Source of the DNA: an uncultured Anaerolineales bacterium
GTDB lineage: Bacteria > Chloroflexota > Anaerolineae > Anaerolineales > UBA6663
Length of the DNA stretch: 64,000 nt
Reading direction: 5' to 3'
NCBI GenBank assembly: GCA_964608265.1
Contig: CAZSNP010000011.1
Coordinates: 15,488-79,487 of the forward strand
Both the position numbers and the translations under genes were made by a program. Positions 1 to 9,668 of the stretch are shown one piece after another; within the stretch, counting starts at the first letter, position 1, and each line of letters opens with the position of its first letter. The notes under the pieces were generated by a model. It worked only from the letters and a program-made list of their open reading frames with translations, had not been told where the DNA came from and searched no databases.

Positions 1-2
1 CC

Positions 3-908
3 CCCAAGGGTGTCACGCGCGAGCAAATTGAGATTGACCCGGCCGGCACGATCTGGGTTTCGTGGGACGAGGGGTGGGATCGCTTGACCGAAGCCGGAAA
101 ACAGGAAAACGGGCTGGTGGTCTACTCGAAGGACGGCGGTCAAACGTGGTCGGACCCCATCAACTTCGACAAACCCAACAAGTACAACGCTCAGACCGCG
201 CTCGCCAGCGACGGCAAGGGTCATGTGCTGATGGTGTGGCGCTCGGTGGATAAGAATTCACCCTACTTCTCGTGGTCGAGCGACGCCGGCAAGACTTGGA
301 CGCCGGCCGCTGAAATCCCCGGCATATTCACCCGGGGCTGGGAGTGGACGCGTTTCGACGCCTATGACCTGGTGGCCGATAGCGCCGGAAACATGCACTT
401 CATCATGGTCGGTCGCAAAACGATCCGTGAGGGATTAGGTGGCGAAGGGGAGAGCGACGGGCTGTATCACCTCACCTGGGATGGCGAAGAGTGGAGCGAG
501 CCGGAACGCATCTTCGCGGCCAGCAACACCGCCCATCCCGAATACCCCAAAGCCACCATCGGCCTCGGCAACCAATTGCATGTCGTGTGGTTTGTCCGCG
601 ACCAGGAATTCACCGAAAACGCCAAATTCAAGATTTGGTACAGCCGCCGGCGCCTCGCGGTGCCGGGCCTCCCCATCCCGCCCACGCCCAGCCCCACGCC
701 GACGCATACGCTCACGCCCACGCCACAGCCAACCGCCACCGCCACGCCGCTCGCCCTCCCAGCTGATGCGCGCAATGCCGACGCCCAGACACTCTACACG
801 GAGAATGATGACGTGCTGGTCTTCCTCGTCAGTGTCTTACCCGGCACGGTGCTCGTGACGGCTATCGTCTACGGGGCACGGATATGGCAGCGATGGCGCG
901 CCAAATGA
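3..908 (+). CDS. BNR/sialidase-like repeat protein, 5' partial, with Pro/Thr linker and C-terminal TM anchor
   Basis: Frame is open from nt 3, so the gene continues upstream of the window. Asp-box motifs SKDGGQTWS and SSDAGKTWT. PT-rich PIPPTPSPTPTHTLTPTPQPT is followed by the hydrophobic helix VLVFLVSVLPGTVLVTAIVY before the stop. Confidence 0.65.
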   Translation, partial: PKGVTREQIEIDPAGTIWVSWDEGWDRLTEAGKQENGLVVYSKDGGQTWSDPINFDKPNKYNAQTALASDGKGHVLMVWRSVDKNSPYFSWSSDAGKTWTPAAEIPGIFTRGWEWTRFDAYDLVADSAGNMHFIMVGRKTIREGLGGEGESDGLYHLTWDGEEWSEPERIFAASNTAHPEYPKATIGLGNQLHVVWFVRDQEFTENAKFKIWYSRRRLAVPGLPIPPTPSPTPTHTLTPTPQPTATATPLALPADARNADAQTLYTENDDVLVFLVSVLPGTVLVTAIVYGARIWQRWRAK

Positions 909-965
909 GCTAGGACTTGTGCCCCATTGAGGCGGCTGAGGCCGTGCTTTATCGTCAAGAAATTG

Positions 966-2204
966 ATGAAAATCCTGTTTGTCGTGCCATACGTCCCGAA
1001 TCTCATTCGGACCCGATCGTACAATCTGATTACGCAGCTGGCTGAGCAGGGCCATGACCTGACCGTCGCGACGTTGTGGACGACCGAGCAGGACAGGCGC
1101 GACGCAGCGCAGATGGAATCGCGCGGCGTTACGGTGCGGATGGCTCCGCTCCCGAAGTGGCGGTCGCTGGCTAACAGCCTGCAGGCTGTCCCGGCCGGCC
1201 TTCCGTTACAATCCGAATATTGCTGGCAGCCGGCGCTGCTGCCGTTACTCGAAGCGGAGGCCTTGCGCGCCGATGTGATTCACGTAGAGCATCTGCGCGG
1301 CGTGAAGTACGCGCTTCACCTCAAGCGTTGGTTGCAGCGGCGGGGCCGCGCCATCCCCATCGTGTGGGATAGTGTGGATTGCATCAGCCTGTTGTTTCGG
1401 CTGGCCGCGGGCCACAGTCGCAGCCTGTTCGGGCGGTGGATGACGCGGTTCGAGTTGCCACGCACCGAACGCTACGAAGGGCGACTCCTGTGGCAATTGG
1501 ATGAAGTGCTGGTGACCTCACCCATTGACCGGCAGGCGTTGCTGGATTTGGCGGGCCACGGGGCCAAAGATACCCGTGTGACCGTGTTGCCGAATGGCGT
1601 GGATGTGGAGTATTTCGCGCCCAACGGCTCACCGCGCGAGCCGGCCACGGTGGTGTTCAGCGGCAAGATGAGTTATCACGCTAACGTCACCATGGCGTTG
1701 CATCTGGCGCAAAACATCATGCCGCAGGTGTGGGCGCGGCAGCCAAATGTGAAATTACTGTTGGTGGGCAAAGACCCGCCGCGCGAAGTGCAGGCCCTGC
1801 AAGAGGGCCGCAACGTTACGGTGACCGGGACGGTGAACGATCTGCGGCCATACCTGCATCACGCCACGGTCGCCGCCGTGCCGCTGGTGTACGGCGCCGG
1901 CTCACAATTCAAGGTGCTCGAGGCGATGGCCTGCGCTACGCCGGTCGTGGCCACTCCGCAGGCCGTGGCGCCCCTGCACGTGCGCGCCGGGGAGGATGCG
2001 CTGGTGGCCGGCTCAGCCGAAGCCTTCGCGGCCGAAATCCTGAGTGTGATAGAGGATGCGGATCAACAACGCCGCTTGGGCGCGGCGGGCCGCCGGTACG
2101 TGGAGCGGTACCACGCGTGGAGTGGCATTGGGCGACAATTGGCTGCGGTATACGCAGCGGCCCGGTCCGACCACCAACGCGCACCGCTTCCGGTCGCAGT
2201 CTGA
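966..2204 (+). CDS. Glycosyltransferase, GT-B fold (group 1 / GT4-like)
   Basis: ORF 927-2204, with the start moved to ATG 966 (MKILFVVPYVPN). The C-terminal GSQFKVLEAMACATPVVAT region is typical of group 1 glycosyltransferases. Confidence 0.8.
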   Translation: MKILFVVPYVPNLIRTRSYNLITQLAEQGHDLTVATLWTTEQDRRDAAQMESRGVTVRMAPLPKWRSLANSLQAVPAGLPLQSEYCWQPALLPLLEAEALRADVIHVEHLRGVKYALHLKRWLQRRGRAIPIVWDSVDCISLLFRLAAGHSRSLFGRWMTRFELPRTERYEGRLLWQLDEVLVTSPIDRQALLDLAGHGAKDTRVTVLPNGVDVEYFAPNGSPREPATVVFSGKMSYHANVTMALHLAQNIMPQVWARQPNVKLLLVGKDPPREVQALQEGRNVTVTGTVNDLRPYLHHATVAAVPLVYGAGSQFKVLEAMACATPVVATPQAVAPLHVRAGEDALVAGSAEAFAAEILSVIEDADQQRRLGAAGRRYVERYHAWSGIGRQLAAVYAAARSDHQRAPLPVAV

Positions 2205-2238
2205 ACCATGATCTGTTGCCGTTGAGCAGGATATCCCG

Positions 2239-4497
2239 ATGGATCTTAAGCGATACCTCAACCCGATCTTCAAGTGGTGGTGGCTTGTCCTTATTGCCGC
2301 GGCGATCGGGGGCGGCTCGGCCTACTATTTCACCAGCCGCCAGCCCGCCTTCTATCTGTCGCGCACCACCATCATGATCGGCAATGTGATCTTCCAGCCC
2401 GATCCCAACCCCAACGAGTTCAGCGCGGCGTATCAATTGGCCGTTGTCTATGCCGATCTGCTGAAGCGTGAACCGATCCAGCAGGGGGTCAAAGCCTCCC
2501 TGCAATTGGAGGTGTTGCCTGATTACACCGCCCGCGCCACCGATAATGGCCTGGTCGAGATCATCGTCTATAGCACTAGCCCTGAATTGGCTCAGGCTGT
2601 CGCTCGTGAGCTCTCCAATCAATTGATTCTTCAGAGCCCCACCACGCTCAGCGCCGAAGAACGCCAGCGGCAGGAGACGGTCAAGCAGGAATTGTCCTTC
2701 CTCGAGGTCAAGATCAAAGATACGCGGGCCGACATCGTCAAACGCCAGCAGGACCTTTCCAATATGACCAGCGCCAATCAGATCGAGGCGGCGCAGGAAG
2801 AAATCTCGGCGCTGGAGTCGAAACTCTCCGGCTTGCAGACCACCTATGCCGCGCTGCTCTCCAACACGCGCGAGAACGCCCTCAACACGCTGACCGTGTT
2901 CGAACCGGCGGCCCTGCCCAACGAACCCATCCCCTCCCGCGCAACGCTCATTATCCTCCTGGCCGTGGTGAGCGGGGCGGTGCTCGCGGCCGGCGCCGCT
3001 TATCTGATTGAAATCCTCGACAACACGATCAAGTCGTCGGAGGAAATTCGGGCGTTGTTGCCCTTCCCCATCCTCGGCTACATCGGCGAGTTGGAGCGCG
3101 ACAAAGGCGGCGTGGCCCTATCGGTCGCCGACCGGCCCCTCAGCCCGGTCGCCGAGGGCTTCCGCTCACTGCGCACCAATCTTGAGTTCGTCGGGGTGGA
3201 TCGGCCGCTGCACACCGTGCTGGTGACCAGCGCCAACCCCGGCGACGGCAAGACCTCGGTGGCGATGAACCTCGCCATCATGATGGCGCACAGCGACAAG
3301 CGCGTCATCCTGCTCGACGCCGACATGCGCCGCCCGGCGCTGCACCGCGCGCTCGGCATCCCCAACCGCGAAGGGTTGAGCGATCTGTTTCGCGGCCATG
3401 TCACCGTGTCAGAGGTGGCGCGCGTGTGGCGCAATGACCGGCTGAAGGTCGTCACGAGCGGCACCGTGCCGCCCAACCCGACCGAACTGCTCAGTTCCAA
3501 CCGGATGGATCAGATTCTGCTGGCGCTGCAGGCTGAGGCCGACATCATTATTATCGATAGCCCGCCCTTCTTCGTCGCCGATGCGTGGGTGCTGGCCTCG
3601 AAGGTCGATGGCGTGTTGCTGGTGGTGCGCCCCGGCTTCACCCGGCGCAACATGATCCGCACGCTGCTCGAACAGATTAAGCGCGTGAACGCCAAGGTTA
3701 TCGGCGTGGCGCTTAATCGGATGGCTAACCCGCAGGGATCGTACAGCGGCTCCTCGTATATGCAGTATTACTACAGCATCGAAGCCGACAACGCGAAGAG
3801 TGATGGCCGCACGAGCGATCGCCGGCAGCGCCGCACACTGCAATCGGTGCTGCGCGGCCTGCAGAAGCCGGCCAGCCGCCCGGCAAACGGGAATGGCGCA
3901 CTTGAGCCGGTGAGCACCGAGCCGACCCCCAACGGCCATACGACCCACCGGCTCGAGGTGTTACCGCCCACACCCGAGGTCCTGCCGCAATCCGAACGCT
4001 CGCGCGCCTCGCTGGAGGTGCTGTACGCCATCAGCCGTGAGCTGGCGACGCAGATGGATATGAGCGAACTGATGCAGCGTATCCTCAAGATGACGCTGGA
4101 GAGCGTGGGCGCGACCAGCGGCAGCATCATCGTGCTGGATGAGAGGGGCGGGGCGATGGAGGGGGTGATGATTTACGAGGGCAAGGTGCAGAAGCAGGAC
4201 GCGGAGCACCTGGCCGAGGTGGTAGAGAAGGGCCTGGCGGGCTGGGTGATCAAGAACAAGCGCCCGGCCGTGCTCGATAACACCCACGAGGATGATCGCT
4301 GGGTGCGGCGCGGCTTTGCGGAAACCGCCAGTACGCCGCGCTCGGCGGTGAGCGTGCCGCTGCTGACCAACGACCGCGTGGTGGGTGTGCTCACGCTCGT
4401 GCATCCCAACGTCGGCCACTTCACCCGCGACGACCTCTCGATGCTGACGGCCATCGCCGTCGGCGTCTCGTCTAATAGCAAGGTGTATTCGAACTGA
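2239..4497 (+). CDS. Polysaccharide co-polymerase (Wzz-like) / BY tyrosine kinase fused to a C-terminal GAF-like domain
   Basis: Two TM helices (WWLVLIAAAIGGGSAYYF; LIILLAVVSGAVLAAGAAYLI). P-loop SANPGDGKTS, VILLDADMRRP and IIIIDSPP. Tyr cluster YSGSSYMQYYYS. C-terminal SGSIIVLDERG...VSVPLLTNDRVVGVLTLVHP resembles a GAF domain. Confidence 0.8.
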   Translation: MDLKRYLNPIFKWWWLVLIAAAIGGGSAYYFTSRQPAFYLSRTTIMIGNVIFQPDPNPNEFSAAYQLAVVYADLLKREPIQQGVKASLQLEVLPDYTARATDNGLVEIIVYSTSPELAQAVARELSNQLILQSPTTLSAEERQRQETVKQELSFLEVKIKDTRADIVKRQQDLSNMTSANQIEAAQEEISALESKLSGLQTTYAALLSNTRENALNTLTVFEPAALPNEPIPSRATLIILLAVVSGAVLAAGAAYLIEILDNTIKSSEEIRALLPFPILGYIGELERDKGGVALSVADRPLSPVAEGFRSLRTNLEFVGVDRPLHTVLVTSANPGDGKTSVAMNLAIMMAHSDKRVILLDADMRRPALHRALGIPNREGLSDLFRGHVTVSEVARVWRNDRLKVVTSGTVPPNPTELLSSNRMDQILLALQAEADIIIIDSPPFFVADAWVLASKVDGVLLVVRPGFTRRNMIRTLLEQIKRVNAKVIGVALNRMANPQGSYSGSSYMQYYYSIEADNAKSDGRTSDRRQRRTLQSVLRGLQKPASRPANGNGALEPVSTEPTPNGHTTHRLEVLPPTPEVLPQSERSRASLEVLYAISRELATQMDMSELMQRILKMTLESVGATSGSIIVLDERGGAMEGVMIYEGKVQKQDAEHLAEVVEKGLAGWVIKNKRPAVLDNTHEDDRWVRRGFAETASTPRSAVSVPLLTNDRVVGVLTLVHPNVGHFTRDDLSMLTAIAVGVSSNSKVYSN

Positions 4498-4524
4498 GGC
4501 GGGGCCTTCTCAAGACAAATGCTG

Positions 4525-4555
4525 AGCGCACGCGACAAGCGTGCGCTTTTCTTTT
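4525..4555 (+). terminator. Rho-independent terminator after the BY-kinase gene
   Basis: agcgcacgc / gacaa / gcgtgcgct forms a perfect 9-bp stem followed by TTTCTTTT, 28 nt after the stop at 4497. Confidence 0.6.
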
Positions 4556-4583
4556 GGGTTGTCTCAAGGTTGTGGATTACAAT
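4554..4583 (+). promoter_or_regulatory. Putative sigma-70-type promoter giving a leaderless transcript
   Basis: TTGGGT (4554-4559), 18-nt spacer, TACAAT (4578-4583). ATG 4592 lies 8 nt after the -10 and has no Shine-Dalgarno. Confidence 0.4.
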
Positions 4584-4591
4584 CCCATCTC

Positions 4592-5809
4592 ATGCCATCG
4601 AACATGCGCGATTCGTTCCTGCTCGACCCCACAGTCACCTTCCTCAATCACGGTTCCTTCGGCGCGTGCCCGCGACCAGTCTTTGAGGAGTATCAGCGCT
4701 GGCAGCGTGAGTTGGAGCGGCAGCCGGTGGAGTTCATCGGGCGGCGGTTCAACGGGCTGATGCGCGCCGCCCGCGAGGCGCTGGCTGCATACGTGGGCAC
4801 CGCGGCTGACAATCTTGTGTACGTGCCCAACGCCACGGTTGCCCTCAACATCGTCGCGCGCAGCCTGAAGTTGCGGCCCGGCGACGAAATCCTCACCACC
4901 GACCACGAGTATGGGGCCATCGCGCGCACGTGGCGCTTCGTGTGCGCGCAGACCGGCGCGCGGCTGGTCACGCAATCCATCCCGCTGCCGCTCACCACGC
5001 CCGAAGCCTTTGGCGAGGCGCTGTGGGCGGGCGTCACGCCGCGCACCCGCGTCATCTGCCTCAGCCACATCACCTCGCCCACCGCCCTGATCTTCCCGGT
5101 CGAGGCGGTGTGCCGCCGCGCGCGCGAGGCCGGGTTGCTCTCGGTGGTGGATGGCGCACACGCCGCCGGGCAACTGCCGCTCGACCTACACTCGCTCGGC
5201 GCGGATGTGTACACCAGCAACTGTCACAAGTGGCTGTGCGCGCCCAAAGGCTCGGCCTTCCTCTACGCGCGGCCCGAAATCCAGCCGCTGATCGAGCCGC
5301 TCATCGTGAGCTGGGGCTACGAGGCCGAGGCGCCCGGCCCGTCGCGCTTCATTGACGAGCAGGAATACACCGGCACGCGCGACATCGCCGCCTACCTCGC
5401 TACCCCGGCGGCGATAGAATTCCTGCGCGCGAATGATTGGGGGCGCGTGCGGGCCGAGTGCCACGCGCTGGCCGTCGAGACGCAGCAGCGGCTTGCCGCG
5501 CTCACCGGCCTCGCGCCGCTCAGCGGGCCGGAGCATTTTGCGCAGATGGTCGCTGCGCCGCTTTGCGGCGAGGGAGAAACGCGCAACGTTTCTCCGGCGC
5601 GGGCGAAGCTTGCGCCCGCGCCGCTGCCCGAGTGTGATGTCGCGCAATTGAAGGCACGGCTTTACGACGAGCATCGCATCGAAGTTCCGGTGTTTCGCTG
5701 GCAGGGGCGCCCGGTGATTCGGGTGTCGGTTCAGGCCTACAACACGCGTGCGGATCTTGATCGGCTTATCGAAGCGCTCACCAGATTGTTACCGTCGGTG
5801 CAGAAGTGA
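4592..5809 (+). CDS. Aminotransferase class V-fold PLP enzyme (cysteine desulfurase / isopenicillin-N-epimerase-like)
   Basis: ORF 4541-5809. The start was moved to ATG 4592 because 4541 lies inside the upstream terminator. LNHGSFGACP N-terminus. SNCHKWLCAPKGSAFLY contains the PLP lysine context. Confidence 0.75.
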   Translation: MPSNMRDSFLLDPTVTFLNHGSFGACPRPVFEEYQRWQRELERQPVEFIGRRFNGLMRAAREALAAYVGTAADNLVYVPNATVALNIVARSLKLRPGDEILTTDHEYGAIARTWRFVCAQTGARLVTQSIPLPLTTPEAFGEALWAGVTPRTRVICLSHITSPTALIFPVEAVCRRAREAGLLSVVDGAHAAGQLPLDLHSLGADVYTSNCHKWLCAPKGSAFLYARPEIQPLIEPLIVSWGYEAEAPGPSRFIDEQEYTGTRDIAAYLATPAAIEFLRANDWGRVRAECHALAVETQQRLAALTGLAPLSGPEHFAQMVAAPLCGEGETRNVSPARAKLAPAPLPECDVAQLKARLYDEHRIEVPVFRWQGRPVIRVSVQAYNTRADLDRLIEALTRLLPSVQK

Positions 5810-6573
5810 TGCGGGTTGATCCGTCTCTCCCGGTGAAGTCTTACCCGTTCCCGCCCTGGCTGCGAGCGCTCACGCTTGTGGCGATCCCCATCATCGCCGT
5901 GGGTATGTTGGGGCTTGGGTTCTGGCAACTCTCGCGCCTGCTGGAACGGCGCACAGCGAACGCCCGCATCGAGGCGCGCCTGGCCCTCGCCCCGGTTGCG
6001 CTCGAACAGCTCGACCTCGGTGGTGATCTGTCGCTGCTTGAGTATCGCCCCGTCACCGTGCGCGGCACATTCGATTATGCTCATGAGATCGTTTGGCGTA
6101 ATCAGGCCTATCAGGGCGCGCCGGGGGTGCACGTCATCACGCCGCTGCGGCTTTCGGACCGAACCGCCGTCCTGGTGGATCGGGGTTGGATCCCGGCGCA
6201 GGCGGCAGATCGTGTGACACGGGCGGCCTATCAAAACCCAACCGGAGAGGCGGCGATCAGCGGCCTGGTGCGTTTGCCGGGGCAGCGCCGCTGGGATTTC
6301 GAGCCGCAGGACATTCCAGCGCCCGGTGAGGATCGGCTTGATGCATGGTTCTTCCTCAACGTGCCGCGCATCCAGACGCAAGTGCCCTACGCGTTATTGC
6401 CGTTGGTCGTTCAACAAGCCCCCGCAACCGACCCATCCACCCTGCCGATTCGGACTTATGATCTGCAGCTCGATGACGGGCCGCATGCGAGCTACGCCTT
6501 TCAATGGTTCGCTTTTGCTGCCATCGCCATCTTTGGGCCGTTGATCTATTGGTGGCGGACGCGCCGCCGTTAA
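5806..6573 (+). CDS. SURF1 family protein (cytochrome oxidase assembly)
   Basis: N-terminal TM followed by FWQLSRLLERRTANARIEARL. C-terminal HASYAFQWFAFAAIAIFGPLIYWW. Start overlaps the upstream stop. Confidence 0.78.
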   Translation: MMRVDPSLPVKSYPFPPWLRALTLVAIPIIAVGMLGLGFWQLSRLLERRTANARIEARLALAPVALEQLDLGGDLSLLEYRPVTVRGTFDYAHEIVWRNQAYQGAPGVHVITPLRLSDRTAVLVDRGWIPAQAADRVTRAAYQNPTGEAAISGLVRLPGQRRWDFEPQDIPAPGEDRLDAWFFLNVPRIQTQVPYALLPLVVQQAPATDPSTLPIRTYDLQLDDGPHASYAFQWFAFAAIAIFGPLIYWWRTRRR

Positions 6574-6580
6574 AGCAAAC

Positions 6581-6602
6581 GGCCCCTCCAATCGGAGGGG
6601 CC
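6581..6602. terminator. Shared hairpin between the convergent SURF1 and flp genes
   Basis: ggcccctcc / aatc / ggaggggcc forms a perfect 9-bp stem. On the minus strand it is followed by GTTTGCTTT; there is no T-run on the plus strand. Confidence 0.5.
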
Positions 6603-6631
6603 GCGTGCTGCTTAGCAGGCTCCAAGACGAA

Positions 6632-6778
6632 CTAGATGGCGACGATGATGTTGCTGAACACGTTACCGATCGTGGGGCCGAGGATGGCCAGCACGACGAT
6701 CACGACCACAGCCACGAGCACGAGGATGAGCGCGTACTCGACCAGGCCTTGTCCTTTGTTGTCCTTGAAAGTGAGCAT
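6632..6778 (-). CDS. flp: Flp/Fap family type IVb pilin (48 aa; below the ORF-track size cutoff)
   Basis: Manual translation: MLTFKDNKGQGLVEYALILVLVAVVVIVVLAILGPTIGNVFSNIIVAI. It has the G/LVEY prepilin-processing motif plus a hydrophobic helix. AAAGGA SD lies 8 nt upstream of ATG 6778. Confidence 0.75.
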   Translation of the reverse strand: MLTFKDNKGQGLVEYALILVLVAVVVIVVLAILGPTIGNVFSNIIVAI

Positions 6779-6853
6779 GTAGAATATCCTTTCTGGATAA
6801 ATGGTTGTCAGATTGTCGTTTCGGAACTGCTACAGCCTGACTAAGCTGCTGTG

Positions 6854-6882
6854 ATTATAGGAGGATTTACGCTAAGAAACAA
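6854..6882 (-). promoter_or_regulatory. Putative promoter of flp
   Basis: Minus strand: TTGTTT (6882..6877), 17-nt spacer, TATAAT (6859..6854), about 75 nt upstream of the flp ATG. Confidence 0.4.
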
Positions 6883-6937
6883 TGAAGTTTGCGTGAGTTT
6901 TGGTTGAAGATCGGTTGTCACACGCAGGAAAAAAGTA

Positions 6938-7345
6938 CTACAACGATTCGTACAGCTCCACCAGGACCCCATGCGCGCTTTCAGGATGGATGAAGGCATA
7001 GCGCCGTCCATCGCTGCGCTGGCGCGCAGTCTCATCGATCAGCCGGAAGCCCTGAGCTTTCAGATGGTCGAGCGTAGCCTGCACATCCTCCACCTCGACA
7101 CACACATGATGCATCCCCGGCCCGCGTTTGGCCAGATACTTCGCCATCCCCGAAGTCGTTGTGGTCGGTTGCACCAGTTCCACATGGCTTTCGCCCACCG
7201 GCAAAAAGGCCACCTGCGCCTCCTGCTCGGGCACAGGCTCGACCTCGGTCAAATCCAATCCCAGCCCGTCCCGCCAGAAGCGCAGGGCGCCGTCAATATC
7301 CTCCACCACCAGCGCAATGTGATTGATGCGAGTCACAGAAGCCAT
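6938..7345 (-). CDS. Methylmalonyl-CoA epimerase (VOC/glyoxalase fold)
   Basis: ORF 6938-7417, with the start moved to MASVTRINHIALVVEDIDGAL. Contains GMHHVCVEVEDV and HPESAHGVLVELYE. Confidence 0.85.
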   Translation of the reverse strand: MASVTRINHIALVVEDIDGALRFWRDGLGLDLTEVEPVPEQEAQVAFLPVGESHVELVQPTTTTSGMAKYLAKRGPGMHHVCVEVEDVQATLDHLKAQGFRLIDETARQRSDGRRYAFIHPESAHGVLVELYESL

Positions 7346-7417
7346 CGGTTTCCCTCGTATCCCGCCTTTCCTTCCTTTCCCGGCAGCCAGGGAAGCAAAG
7401 GAAAAGATGGAGATCAA

Positions 7418-9070
<1,653 letters not shown>

Positions 9071-9153
9071 AGCGGAAGGTCGGGAAAGAAAGGAAAAAGG
9101 GGAAACGAGGGAATAGCTGCGCTGCGCTGTTGTTCCTTCCTCCCCCGTTGCGG

Positions 9154-9654
9154 TTATGAGATCGTTACCAGTATTTGATTTTGCTCGACGCCGTCGCCCG
9201 GCTTGACCTTGACCCGCGCGACCGTGCCTTCGCGCGGCGACTTGAGTTCGTTCTGCATTTTCATCGACTCGAGGATGATGAGGTTGTCGCCTTTGCGAAC
9301 AGCCTGGCCCTCGGCCACCGGCACCGCGACGACGAGGCCGGGCATGGGCGCTTTCAGATTGAACTCGCCGCTCCCGCCGGGGCCGTGCGCGCCGCCGGCC
9401 GCGCGCAGCCGCTTCTCGCGCTCATCCTCCACCCGCACCGCGTAGAGCATGCCGCGCAGCAATACCTGCCAGGTGTCGCCCTCTCCCGGCTGAAGATGAG
9501 CTTCATAGGACTGGCCGCCAATCAACAAGGTGTAGACCTCGCGGTTCAGATTAAGGAAATCTACGGGGTACGTCCGGCCATCTACCGCGACGGTGTTGTC
9601 ATCCTGGATTTCAATGATGAAGGTTCTGTCGTGAACGCTGGCGATGTATCTCAT
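9154..9654 (-). CDS. Biotin carboxyl carrier protein domain protein of an acyl-CoA carboxylase
   Basis: The C-terminal lipoyl/biotinyl fold carries the biotinylation motif [11 protein letters not shown]. Confidence 0.8.
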   Translation of the reverse strand: MRYIASVHDRTFIIEIQDDNTVAVDGRTYPVDFLNLNREVYTLLIGGQSYEAHLQPGEGDTWQVLLRGMLYAVRVEDEREKRLRAAGGAHGPGGSGEFNLKAPMPGLVVAVPVAEGQAVRKGDNLIILESMKMQNELKSPREGTVARVKVKPGDGVEQNQILVTIS

Positions 9655-9668
9655 GATCGATTCCGCAG

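Noticed and set aside
660-740. Apparent DNA repeats (ccacgcc/cacgcc) near 660-740, and similar ones at 58130-58260.
   Set aside because: They are coding Pro/Thr linker regions of surface proteins, not independent non-coding repeats.
6605-6844. 79-aa plus-strand ORF (Asp/His/Glu-rich).
   Set aside because: It is the antisense of the hydrophobic Flp pilin gene. The pilin has an SD, a promoter and a terminator in the minus orientation.
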